64,000 bases of DNA, from the sequence record NC_062581.1, one strand, 5' to 3'. Shown in pieces: positions 45,575 through 52,850 of the stretch; the first letter of the stretch is position 1, and every line of letters begins with the position of its first letter. The position numbers were made by a program, and so were the translations under genes. Under the pieces are notes generated by a model that had not been told where the DNA came from, searched no databases, and saw only the letters and a list, made by a program, of their open reading frames with translations.

Positions 45575-45636
45575 TGTAGATACCTATTGGGTTTGGTTAT
45601 ATAAACTGAAGCGGTAAGTATTATTAAACGGCATAA

Positions 45637-45936
45637 GAGCAGACCCGAAGGTCCACTCCTATTAAGGACTGTATAGTTATTAGCTGGCCAGCTTACCCCC
45701 GTAGTGTTCAGAGGTTAATAGCTATTACAGCACCGCGAGTCTTTTACATATCCAATGGTCCTACCACATGCAGCAAGAGGTGGCTTGGACGGACCTTGGA
45801 TAAAAAGAAACTTACGATTCGGATCAGACGTAGTTGTCACACTAAGTAAGTCCATTCGGGTCGAAGCTTGACTGGCTTCGTTATGAGGTCTTCCCTCTAT
45901 TTAAGAGCCGAAACCGCGCAACCGGCAATGTTCTTC
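45637..45936 (-). ncRNA. Putative ~280-nt non-coding transcription unit
   Basis: Promoter 45937-45958, terminator 45637-45658, several hairpins, no RBS-led ORF. Confidence 0.45.
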
Positions 45937-45958
45937 ACATTATTACGTCTGTAGTATT
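45937..45958 (-). promoter_or_regulatory. Bipartite phage promoter
   Basis: AATACT-ACAGAC-GTAATAATGT. Confidence 0.65.
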
Positions 45959-45961
45959 TCT

Positions 45962-46843
45962 TTATTTTAAGAACGTACCACATGATGCTTTTACGTCTGT
46001 ACCTACGCGAGGAATAACTTTGACTCGTGCCTTAGGCAAGCGTCTACGAATATAACCTGCCAGGTAATTAATCTGTCCTTCTAAGCTTTCTTGTGAGCTA
46101 TGACCATCGGGTGGATTGTACCGAACAATGTTCCAATTGACATCCAGCTTATACGTATCAAGTTGATCACAGATCTTTGCTACGTCTGCAAGATCATCAT
46201 TTTCATTACGAATGAATGCATAATGAATCTTTGGTTTTTTACCGGTGGCTTGTTGCCAGGACATTAGCTTAGCAAACGCCGCACTCGGATTAAGTGCTTT
46301 AGGTATCCAGCGTTTACGAAACTCGGGTTTTAAGGAATACACCGAGTAATAAATTTCTGGATAAAGATCTGGATGTGTGAAGATTTCAGTTAATCCACGG
46401 TTCATCATTTCCTGTGGAAAAATGGTAGACACCAAAAACTTATATTCCAAACCGTAACGTGAAGCACGTTCCGCTAAACCATCCAAAATGATGTCGGCAT
46501 TGTCTAGGAAGATCTTGTTGGCTAAAGGTTCACCACGAGCCATGAAATTGAAATGTACTTTACGAGCCATTGTTTTAGTGGCGTAGTATTGTAGTACACG
46601 TTCAGCTTGATCCCAGTATTCTTCAATGGTTACATCACGTAGTTTGTTTTGTCCCGTAGCTGTTAAATGGCACATACGGCAGGCTTGATTACAGCCTGTC
46701 TGAGAAGACAAATAAACAATGAAGTAATCATCGCTCCGACGTACATACCGTGCCTCTAACATCCCTGGGTGATCTTCAAAGCGGTGTTCAAAGTTAACGG
46801 ACTGATCAAGTTGTGATATGTGTTGTTTAAAGATAAGTTCCAT
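45962..46843 (-). CDS. RlmN/Cfr-family radical SAM RNA methyltransferase-like protein
   Basis: YLSSQTGCNQACRMC (CxxxCxxC), FMARGEPLAN, RYNP and C-terminal ASCG motifs. Confidence 0.85.
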   Translation of the reverse strand: MELIFKQHISQLDQSVNFEHRFEDHPGMLEARYVRRSDDYFIVYLSSQTGCNQACRMCHLTATGQNKLRDVTIEEYWDQAERVLQYYATKTMARKVHFNFMARGEPLANKIFLDNADIILDGLAERASRYGLEYKFLVSTIFPQEMMNRGLTEIFTHPDLYPEIYYSVYSLKPEFRKRWIPKALNPSAAFAKLMSWQQATGKKPKIHYAFIRNENDDLADVAKICDQLDTYKLDVNWNIVRYNPPDGHSSQESLEGQINYLAGYIRRRLPKARVKVIPRVGTDVKASCGTFLK

Positions 46844-47392
46844 TAATCCACCTGTATTTCAATGAAGACTTCGGTACGACCAACCCATATTGAACCACGG
46901 GTGGCATATTGCGCATTGTAAGTCGCTTTGTTATCTACCCAAACTTGGTATACATCCTGACCACAATCTCGAATAAAATTCGAAACTTTATTAATAGCAT
47001 AACGAACTTGCTTATCATTGAACCAGGGAAATGATAAGCGAATCTGTTTTTCCATGTTATCGTGGTACGACATTGTTATACTCCGCAATTTGGAAATCAC
47101 CTAGGTTAACAACAAACCCTCCAATTGTACTAATCACAACCGGTCTGTGTTTACGATAAAGCCCGTGTTGCTCACGCCAGTAATCTTGTAGATGTGCATC
47201 TACAAAAGCTTCTGTATGTCCTGGGGTAAATATTTCACCCCATTGCGGTTCTAACGCCTTCTCTATTTGGTATTGGTAACTCTTAATAACGTGGTGTGGT
47301 GGATCAGTCTCTGGACCAAAATAGGTCTCACGTTTATGTGCAATCTTTGCGTGGATCATGTCTTTAAATGCAGCATTAGTTCTTTCATTCAT
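46843..47392 (-). other. Two hypothetical genes
   Basis: ORFs ~46843-47073 and 47057-47392. Confidence 0.6.
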
Positions 47393-47414
47393 TGTAAATT
47401 CCTATTTTTAGTAT

Positions 47415-47927
47415 TTAACCAATCCGAATAACTAGTACATCTTCAGCAAAGTTATTAGCAACCCATTGCATGAAGTTAGCATCAGTAACACCCATAAAGT
47501 TTAGAGTGTATGATGCATCATCAATAAGAATGTATTTAATGCGTTCATACAATTCTTTTTCTGGTTCTGCTCCATGCTTAACTTTATCTCTTAACGTACA
47601 TGTTGACAAATGGGGAACAATAGTGGTGGTGCTATTTTTCTTATTGTATTTGGCAGTAAGTGACCGTTGAGTAAAGTCATCTTTTACAATAAGCAAGCAT
47701 TCACCAAGTTGTTTCTTACTGATGAAATCAATAATGGTTTCTGTTTTACCTGATTGACGTCCAACAAAGAAACCGACTGTCCTTAGTTCACGAATAGTAG
47801 AGGGTAAGCCCAAACGCAAACTATCTTTGTTTTTGTAGTAGACCTCATTGGTCTTTTCAATTAGTGCATCAAGCATTGCCTGATAATCAATTTGAATTGC
47901 CGGTGTTTTAATGTATTCGTTTTTCAT
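47415..47927 (-). CDS. Small P-loop NTPase-like protein
   Basis: Walker A-like VGRQSGKT and Walker B-like YILIDD. Confidence 0.65.
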   Translation of the reverse strand: MKNEYIKTPAIQIDYQAMLDALIEKTNEVYYKNKDSLRLGLPSTIRELRTVGFFVGRQSGKTETIIDFISKKQLGECLLIVKDDFTQRSLTAKYNKKNSTTTIVPHLSTCTLRDKVKHGAEPEKELYERIKYILIDDASYTLNFMGVTDANFMQWVANNFAEDVLVIRIG

Positions 47928-48011
47928 GGGTATTCCAATAGTAGAGGTACTGCAATCGTAAAGACCATTCTTTACTTATACATTGTCGCACTGAGTATTT
48001 TATGGCATAAA

Positions 48012-48031
48012 GCTTTCCCCTAGGGGAAAGC
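48012..48031 (-). terminator. Intrinsic terminator after tRNA-Leu(TAG)
   Basis: GCTTTCCC-CTAG-GGGAAAGC followed by TTTATG on the - strand. Confidence 0.8.
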
Positions 48032-48043
48032 ACTATACTTGTT

Positions 48044-48129
48044 TGGTGCGGACGAAGAGACTCGAACTCTCACGGGCTAAGCCCGCTGGAACCTAAATCC
48101 AGTGCGTCTACCAATTCCGCCACATCCGC
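48044..48129 (-). tRNA. tRNA-Leu(TAG)
   Basis: GCGGATG...CTGGA-TTTAGGT-TCCAG, long variable arm, TTCGAGT T-loop, encoded CCA. Confidence 0.95.
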
Positions 48130-48133
48130 TTGT

Positions 48134-48155
48134 ATATTATTACACTTGTGGTATT
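48134..48155 (-). promoter_or_regulatory. Bipartite phage promoter
   Basis: AATACC-ACAAGT-GTAATAATAT, 4 nt upstream of tRNA-Leu(TAG). Confidence 0.7.
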
Positions 48156-48166
48156 CTTTTACAGTA

Positions 48167-48889
48167 TTAGGTTATTTGAATTGACCACTCATTGTTTTCC
48201 CAACTGTCTTTTTGTTTTGTTATAAGAGCTTTATGAATTGTAGTGTAATTTATTTTGGTATATTTAGCAGCATCCATAAGTGTTTCAAATGTGTGAGCTT
48301 CGCCTGTAACTTTATTAGCCGCCATTGTAATAAACCATGTTCTCTTTTTACTAGATATCTTAGGCCATGGTTTTATTGACATGTGTCTGAAAGCGTAGTT
48401 GCAATAAGCGTATTGTCCAGCCATGTTACCCCGTAAATGTTTGGCTAGGGTAGGTAATGGTACACCATATTTCTCTGCTGCTCGTCGAATAGATTTCTCT
48501 GTAAATATCTCACCGCTATTAATGTTAAGAATTTGTATTTCTATTGGGATAGGGGTAAGCTTATTATCAACCGCATGAATAACATTACCTGATCCTGTTA
48601 CCCATTCTAAGTTAGTTTTTGTATTGTTTGCTTTATTGCCGTCTTTATGATTAACTTCAAGTTGTTTAAATGGAATATGTTGTAAATGCATTGGTCGTTT
48701 AACATAGGTAATTGCATATATGCGGTGTACTCGATACGCCCTATGTTTCATTCCAGGTGAGGTTAAAACAATATTCATGTATCCTGATTTTGTTTTATGT
48801 TGTTTAAGTATTTTGCATGTTCGGTAATTAAACAATACCCCTTCGGGACTTACTCCGATCCTATTGTCATTTGGAAATGGTTTATACAT
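48167..48889 (-). CDS. NUMOD4-HNH homing endonuclease
   Basis: RIGVSPEG.LFN, YRVHRIYA, EVNHKDGNKANNTKTNLEWVT..GN..HA; C-terminal HTH repeats; free-standing between two tRNA-Leu genes. Confidence 0.9.
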   Translation of the reverse strand: MYKPFPNDNRIGVSPEGVLFNYRTCKILKQHKTKSGYMNIVLTSPGMKHRAYRVHRIYAITYVKRPMHLQHIPFKQLEVNHKDGNKANNTKTNLEWVTGSGNVIHAVDNKLTPIPIEIQILNINSGEIFTEKSIRRAAEKYGVPLPTLAKHLRGNMAGQYAYCNYAFRHMSIKPWPKISSKKRTWFITMAANKVTGEAHTFETLMDAAKYTKINYTTIHKALITKQKDSWENNEWSIQIT

Positions 48890-48930
48890 TTTAAGTCCTG
48901 TCTACTATTACACTATACAATAGGACATAA

Positions 48931-48950
48931 AACCAACCCTAAGGTTGGCT
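48931..48950 (-). terminator. Intrinsic terminator after tRNA-Leu(TAA)
   Basis: AGCCAACC-TTAG-GGTTGGTT followed by TTATG. Confidence 0.8.
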
Positions 48951-48958
48951 ATGTTTTT

Positions 48959-49044
48959 TGGTGCCTGAAGGGGGACTCGAACCCACCAATCCCGAAGGCG
49001 GGAGTGTTTAAGACTCCTATCTATACCAATTCGATCATTCAGGC
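48959..49044 (-). tRNA. tRNA-Leu(TAA)
   Basis: GCCTGAA/TTCAGGC acceptor, GGAGT-CTTAAAC-ACTCC, long variable arm, CCA. Confidence 0.93.
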
Positions 49045-49050
49045 GTATAC

Positions 49051-49089
49051 TTTCTAGAATGGTGTGTCTACCGATTTCACCATCCGGGC
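49051..49089 (-). pseudogene. tRNA-Leu-like 5' half only
   Basis: GCCCGGATGGTGAAATCGGTAGACACA (acceptor 5' strand plus D arm); no anticodon-stem partner, T arm or 3' strand. Confidence 0.65.
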
Positions 49090-49094
49090 TAATT

Positions 49095-49860
49095 TGATCC
49101 AGCATCCAAAACGTACAGGTTTGGTTAACAACAAACACAAGGTCGTTGGTAGATCGGTCGCTGGAAGAACCTTTTCATCCTAGTACATAGCCACAACGAA
49201 CTGCGGTAAACCGCTAGAGTTGTAACCGGCGAGCTAGGTCTATCTACTTACTCGCCTACAGCGCTTCAGGACGATGGAGGGCAAGTAATTGAGAATCGAG
49301 GGTAACCAATTAGACGCTTTGCTAGCTCCGGCTTTCACGGAGTGCCGACTAACCCATTACCATGACCAGTAGGCAGACTGGGTAGCTGGGACACAAGGTC
49401 CAGTTCGGGAATATGGGGTTGCGTGTAAGAAATCAGCCAGGGATCTGAAACATGTTTTCTTACACCAACCAGTGACGGACATCTGATCCGTTGCAGCCGA
49501 GTCTGCCGCCTCTTCGGTATGCGCCTTAGTAACCGGGACTATCCAGTCTTTGGGGTATCATGGGTCGGGCTTTGAGCTTCCCTGTTAACTGACTATTCTA
49601 GTCTTTTGTCAGTCGTCGTAGGGGTTCATTAAAATCTCACACCATGCAGCTCGGTGCCCTAGTCTGAGGATTAATCAGGCATCAGTGTAAGACTTGCCTA
49701 TCCCTTCCGGGCTAGGGCTTCACCGTTCCAATGGGCTCGGTGTATGAGATTGATAGTAACGATTTAACGCTCCTTGGCAGCTTTCCCAATTCACGCAACC
49801 TTTACCGAACGTTAGAGGAAACCTCCTTACCCAACATCCGAACTATCTATCTCATGCTCT
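49095..49860 (-). ncRNA. Large (~770 nt) structured non-coding RNA of unknown class
   Basis: No ORF >=60 aa; GC-richer than flanks; many long stems (10 bp 49423-49432/49456-49465; 8 bp 49372-49379/49500-49507; 7 bp 49633-49639/49745-49751). Confidence 0.7.
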
Positions 49861-49863
49861 TGA

Positions 49864-50538
49864 CTACTCGTGAGTAGTTTCTAAACTGTGTATTACGCAA
49901 ACTGAACCATCGTCTAACGCGGTCTTGGCGTTGTAATCAATTTGATTATAGACACCACCATGAAATTGGAAGATTCGATCACGCCAAGTACTATCCAGCT
50001 TTAAAGCAGGACAATCAGATTTACGACCTTCGCACAGAGCGTTGATTGTTACTGAACCTGCTTTAGTTACGTGGAGAGTAATCTTGAACGGCACACCTAG
50101 TGGTACGTTTTCCAAAACAGTAAAGTTATTGATTACTGGATCGGTAAAGCTACTACGGAAACCAGCCGTAAGTTTTCCTTTATTCCAGAAAACTTTCAAT
50201 GGTGGAGTAGTAGCATTTTTAACGTGTACTTGAGCAACTACCACTTTCTTAGCTGAGTTAACTCGAACTAATGTCATCTCTTGTCGAGACCAGTGATGTG
50301 CGGCACTATCCATAGGCCAGTAGTTTGCTTCTTTCCATTCACACCGCGTACGATGTGTACTTTTACTAGATGCACCTAATGTTGGTGCTGAGAGTTGTAT
50401 CGAACCGTCTTCTAATTGACTGATCACATCCGCACACTTCACCAAGGCCTCTGAACCAATTAATTCCCAAGCAACAGGATTATTGATACTGACCGGTAAG
50501 GGAGTGGCTATTAAGTAATGATTAATGTCAACTAACAT
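49864..50538 (-). CDS. Polysaccharide lyase family 7 (alginate lyase)
   Basis: PL7 motifs RTRCEWKE, VVAQVH and FHGGVYNQ. Confidence 0.85.
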   Translation of the reverse strand: MLVDINHYLIATPLPVSINNPVAWELIGSEALVKCADVISQLEDGSIQLSAPTLGASSKSTHRTRCEWKEANYWPMDSAAHHWSRQEMTLVRVNSAKKVVVAQVHVKNATTPPLKVFWNKGKLTAGFRSSFTDPVINNFTVLENVPLGVPFKITLHVTKAGSVTINALCEGRKSDCPALKLDSTWRDRIFQFHGGVYNQIDYNAKTALDDGSVCVIHSLETTHE

Positions 50539-50561
50539 TTCTTTACTCTCTTTTAATAGGT

Positions 50562-50622
50562 GGAGCGTCCTAGTCTAACTAGACGACAGCTAATGCTGAT
50601 TGGATTTGCACCAATGTACTCC
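50562..50622 (-). ncRNA. Circularly permuted tRNA-like RNA (unit B, degenerate)
   Basis: GGAG-TAC-[ATTGG TGCAAAT CCAAT]-[CAGC ATTA GCTG]-TC-[GTCT...GGAC]-G-CTCC. Confidence 0.55.
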
Positions 50623-50628
50623 GGGTAC

Positions 50629-50697
50629 GAGAGTGTCCTTGGCCACTAGACGAACTACCCTAATGGATAGTAACGGGGTCGAACCGTTGTTTCTCTC
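50629..50697 (-). ncRNA. Circularly permuted tRNA-like RNA (unit A)
   Basis: GAGAG-AAAC-[AACGG TTCGACC CCGTT]-[ACTATCC ATTA GGGTAGT]-TC-[GTCT AGTGGCCAA GGAC]-A-CTCTC; all four stems pair in the permuted register. Confidence 0.8.
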
Positions 50698-50703
50698 TAT
50701 CAC

Positions 50704-50795
50704 TGGAGGAAGAATAGGGATTTGAACCCTAGGGCAGTCCTTAGACCACCAGAGCTTTAGCAAAGCCCCTCGTTAAACCACTCCGACATTCTTCC
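50704..50795 (-). tRNA. tRNA-Ser(GCT)
   Basis: GGAAGAA/TTCTTCC, GGGCT-TTGCTAA-AGCTC, long variable arm, CCA. Confidence 0.93.
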
Positions 50796-50801
50796 TGTAA
50801 T

Positions 50802-50877
50802 TGGCGGGCTATGATGGACTCGAACCACCAACACGCGGCTTTGGAGGCCGCTGTTCTGCCAATTGAACTAATAACCC
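50802..50877 (-). tRNA. tRNA-Trp(CCA)
   Basis: GCGGC-CTCCAAA-GCCGC; canonical 76-nt cloverleaf with CCA. Confidence 0.95.
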
Positions 50878-50989
50878 TAAACCTGTACGGGTTTGATTTA
50901 ACTGAGCTAACCGTGATCCTCAGTCCCTTCGCTAACCTTTGGGAAAAGTTAGCTTACGCTTGATTGGAGACTTAACGACAGTCTCTCGT

Positions 50990-51011
50990 ATACTATTACA
51001 CAACCAGTATT
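50990..51011 (-). promoter_or_regulatory. Bipartite phage promoter
   Basis: AATACT-GGTTGT-GTAATAGTAT. Confidence 0.8.
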
Positions 51012-51017
51012 TTATTT

Positions 51018-51725
51018 TTAGAAAGGCACGTAAGTGTACGATCTAGAATACCTAGCAAAATCACTAATCCGAATTCGTCCATGGTAGCCGGTAACTGCCG
51101 GAGTAGAACTGGCTTCAAATCCTAAACGTAGTCGCGTTATATTAGCCAAGCTATCTTGCGGAGTAAATGATTGTAGATTATAAACCGTTGTTGTTCCACG
51201 AGCCAAAGATTGTTGTAGGCCATTACAGAATATTTTGATTTGGCCATCTTTACATACCAGAGCGTAATGATTCAATACGTTGGTAGCATTTGCTTTGGTA
51301 ATAGCCGGAGCCCAAGTATTGTTAGCTACTCCAAATGAAGTACCAAAATGTAACCTGTTTTGGAATCCTTGATCACCATACCGTGATAACACACCTGTAC
51401 CAGCCGTAGAACTTAACAAACTAAATTCATGTGCATAACTAGCTGCTGCTGTGGTGTTTTTAGACGACCATTCCACAGTCCAGTTTTTGCCCTGCAGATT
51501 TAAAGGGATAGCAAATGTAATAAGTAGTCCAGCAGACGTACTAGGAAAAGACAAAGAACTACGTCCATCAATAGGGTTAGCTGCGTCAGCTACCGCTCCT
51601 CCCGATAAAACGATTGTGGGGTTAGTACCCATCAACTCCGTATTGGTTACAGGGTCATATAAAAAGATAACGTTACCGGTGTCTTCCGGGGGCGATTCTA
51701 ACAGCCCCAATAAAGATTCAAGCAT
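51018..51725 (-). CDS. LamG/concanavalin-A-like lectin domain protein (probable tail-associated)
   Basis: WTVEW, NHYALVCKDGQIKIFCNG and GYHGRIRISDFARY beta-sandwich motifs. Confidence 0.7.
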   Translation of the reverse strand: MLESLLGLLESPPEDTGNVIFLYDPVTNTELMGTNPTIVLSGGAVADAANPIDGRSSLSFPSTSAGLLITFAIPLNLQGKNWTVEWSSKNTTAAASYAHEFSLLSSTAGTGVLSRYGDQGFQNRLHFGTSFGVANNTWAPAITKANATNVLNHYALVCKDGQIKIFCNGLQQSLARGTTTVYNLQSFTPQDSLANITRLRLGFEASSTPAVTGYHGRIRISDFARYSRSYTYVPF

Positions 51726-51766
51726 GGGATAATTCCAAATAGTAAATACACACTATTGGGACATAA

Positions 51767-51786
51767 AGCCAACCCGCAGGCTGGCT
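51767..51786 (-). terminator. Intrinsic terminator
   Basis: AGCCAGCC-TGCG-GGTTGGCT followed by TTATG. Confidence 0.8.
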
Positions 51787-51789
51787 ATG

Positions 51790-51981
51790 TTAGTCATGTC
51801 GAATTCCGTAATCAATTACTTTATTCATTTGTTCTTGAGTGGGGATTCTGTTGCGGGCTCGTTCAGCACATTCGATATCAAATTGTTTAATTCTAGCCTG
51901 CCATTCTTTTATTTGTTTTGGTGTCAGTTGGATTGGCTTTATGTTACCATTGGCTAAATCAATCAGTTTCTTTAGGCTCAT
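51790..51981 (-). CDS. Small helical paralog 1
   Basis: MSLKKLIDLA...IPTQEQMNKVIDY. Confidence 0.7.
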   Translation of the reverse strand: MSLKKLIDLANGNIKPIQLTPKQIKEWQARIKQFDIECAERARNRIPTQEQMNKVIDYGIRHD

Positions 51982-52151
51982 ATTGAACAAGTCTTTGCTA
52001 ACAATTCAGGGCCAACTCTTTTATTTCTAACTTGAGTTTCTAGTTGAATATCCAAAAGCCTTTGCTTTGCTCTGGCCAATATTAACCGTTCTAAATAATC
52101 CGGACCACTTGGTTTTAACTCGGCGAGGTCCATTAAAGCTTGAAGACTCAT
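51978..52151 (-). CDS. Small helical paralog 2 (not in ORF track)
   Basis: MSLQALMDLAELK...RVGPELLAKTCSI*, 57 aa, ATGA-coupled at both ends. Confidence 0.7.
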   Translation of the reverse strand: MSLQALMDLAELKPSGPDYLERLILARAKQRLLDIQLETQVRNKRVGPELLAKTCSI

Positions 52152-52330
52152 AAACTAATCACCTTATTTAAAAGTTCTTGTGTAGGAATAGATGCTTTGA
52201 GTAAAGCATTTAATCGTTCATCTGCAGCAGCCATACGTTCATTCATTTGTTTAATACGGGCAGCTCTTTCTTCTGGTGGTTCTTGAGACCGTCTATATTC
52301 AATTAGTTCTTCTAAGCTTTTCATATTCAT
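52148..52330 (-). CDS. Small helical paralog 3
   Basis: MKSLEELIEY...IPTQELLNKVISL. Confidence 0.7.
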   Translation of the reverse strand: MNMKSLEELIEYRRSQEPPEERAARIKQMNERMAAADERLNALLKASIPTQELLNKVISL

Positions 52331-52341
52331 CGATCAATTAC

Positions 52342-52416
52342 TCAGGTTAATGCGAATAGCCAATCGTCATAGGTTCCTTTGAAACCATGAATTACTGCAC
52401 ATTCATAAGCACTCAT
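52342..52416 (-). CDS. 24-aa micropeptide
   Basis: MSAYECAVIHGFKGTYDDWLFALT*, ATGA-coupled to the upstream ORF. Confidence 0.5.
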   Translation of the reverse strand: MSAYECAVIHGFKGTYDDWLFALT

Positions 52417-52547
52417 AGATTCACCACTCGATTTAACATTTCTGGAGTAACTTGTTGGGCTTTCATTTGTGCTCTTAAGATACGTGTAATTATAACAGTC
52501 CGTGCCCTTGCTTTACGGAGAAATTCTTCATGTGACGAATAACCCAT
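52413..52547 (-). CDS. Small helical paralog 4 (not in ORF track)
   Basis: MGYSSHEEFLRK...VTPEMLNRVVNL*, 44 aa. Confidence 0.6.
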   Translation of the reverse strand: MGYSSHEEFLRKARARTVIITRILRAQMKAQQVTPEMLNRVVNL

Positions 52548-52595
52548 AATTTTCCAGCAAGTTGGTACATGTTCTTTTGTCATAACGTAAACCTT

Positions 52596-52850
52596 TTAAT
52601 GCATGAATGTTGATCCAATAACGTGACAGTTACAACCACACAAATTATGCTCGTCAGTTCCATCTATCACAATAGTTAAAGTTGGATACCAACCACGTTT
52701 AGCAAAGACTAACTTACCCCAAACAGATTCTGTATCTTCACGTTTCTCCACATGGGCTAATTCATTAAACTTCTTTATTAACCAATCAGAATTAACAGTA
52801 CGGTCTTCGTTAAAGTATTGTTGTCCACATCTATCACAACACGGTACCAT
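52596..52850 (-). CDS. Small Cys-rich (putative Zn-binding) protein
   Basis: CCDRC...CGCNCH; GGAG RBS. Confidence 0.7.
   Translation of the reverse strand: MVPCCDRCGQQYFNEDRTVNSDWLIKKFNELAHVEKREDTESVWGKLVFAKRGWYPTLTIVIDGTDEHNLCGCNCHVIGSTFMH

Noticed and set aside
47415-47927. Terminase large subunit
   Set aside because: It has an RQSGKT motif but is only 170 aa with no nuclease domain; called a generic P-loop protein.
49051-49065. Amber-suppressor (CTA) anticodon in TTCTAGAA
   Set aside because: No anticodon stem, T arm or acceptor 3' strand follows, so it is only a 5' fragment.
49095-49860. tmRNA, RNase P RNA or group I intron identity for the large RNA
   Set aside because: I see no tRNA-like ends or CCA, no GAGGAAAGUCC P4 motif on the transcribed strand, and no interrupted host gene; left unassigned pending a covariance search.
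50588-50660. Ordinary (linear) tRNA-Glu/Val-like gene
   Set aside because: In the linear register the acceptor strands (GGGTAGT vs CAGCATT) do not pair, U33 is absent and there is no CCA; the halves pair perfectly with their neighbours in permuted order.
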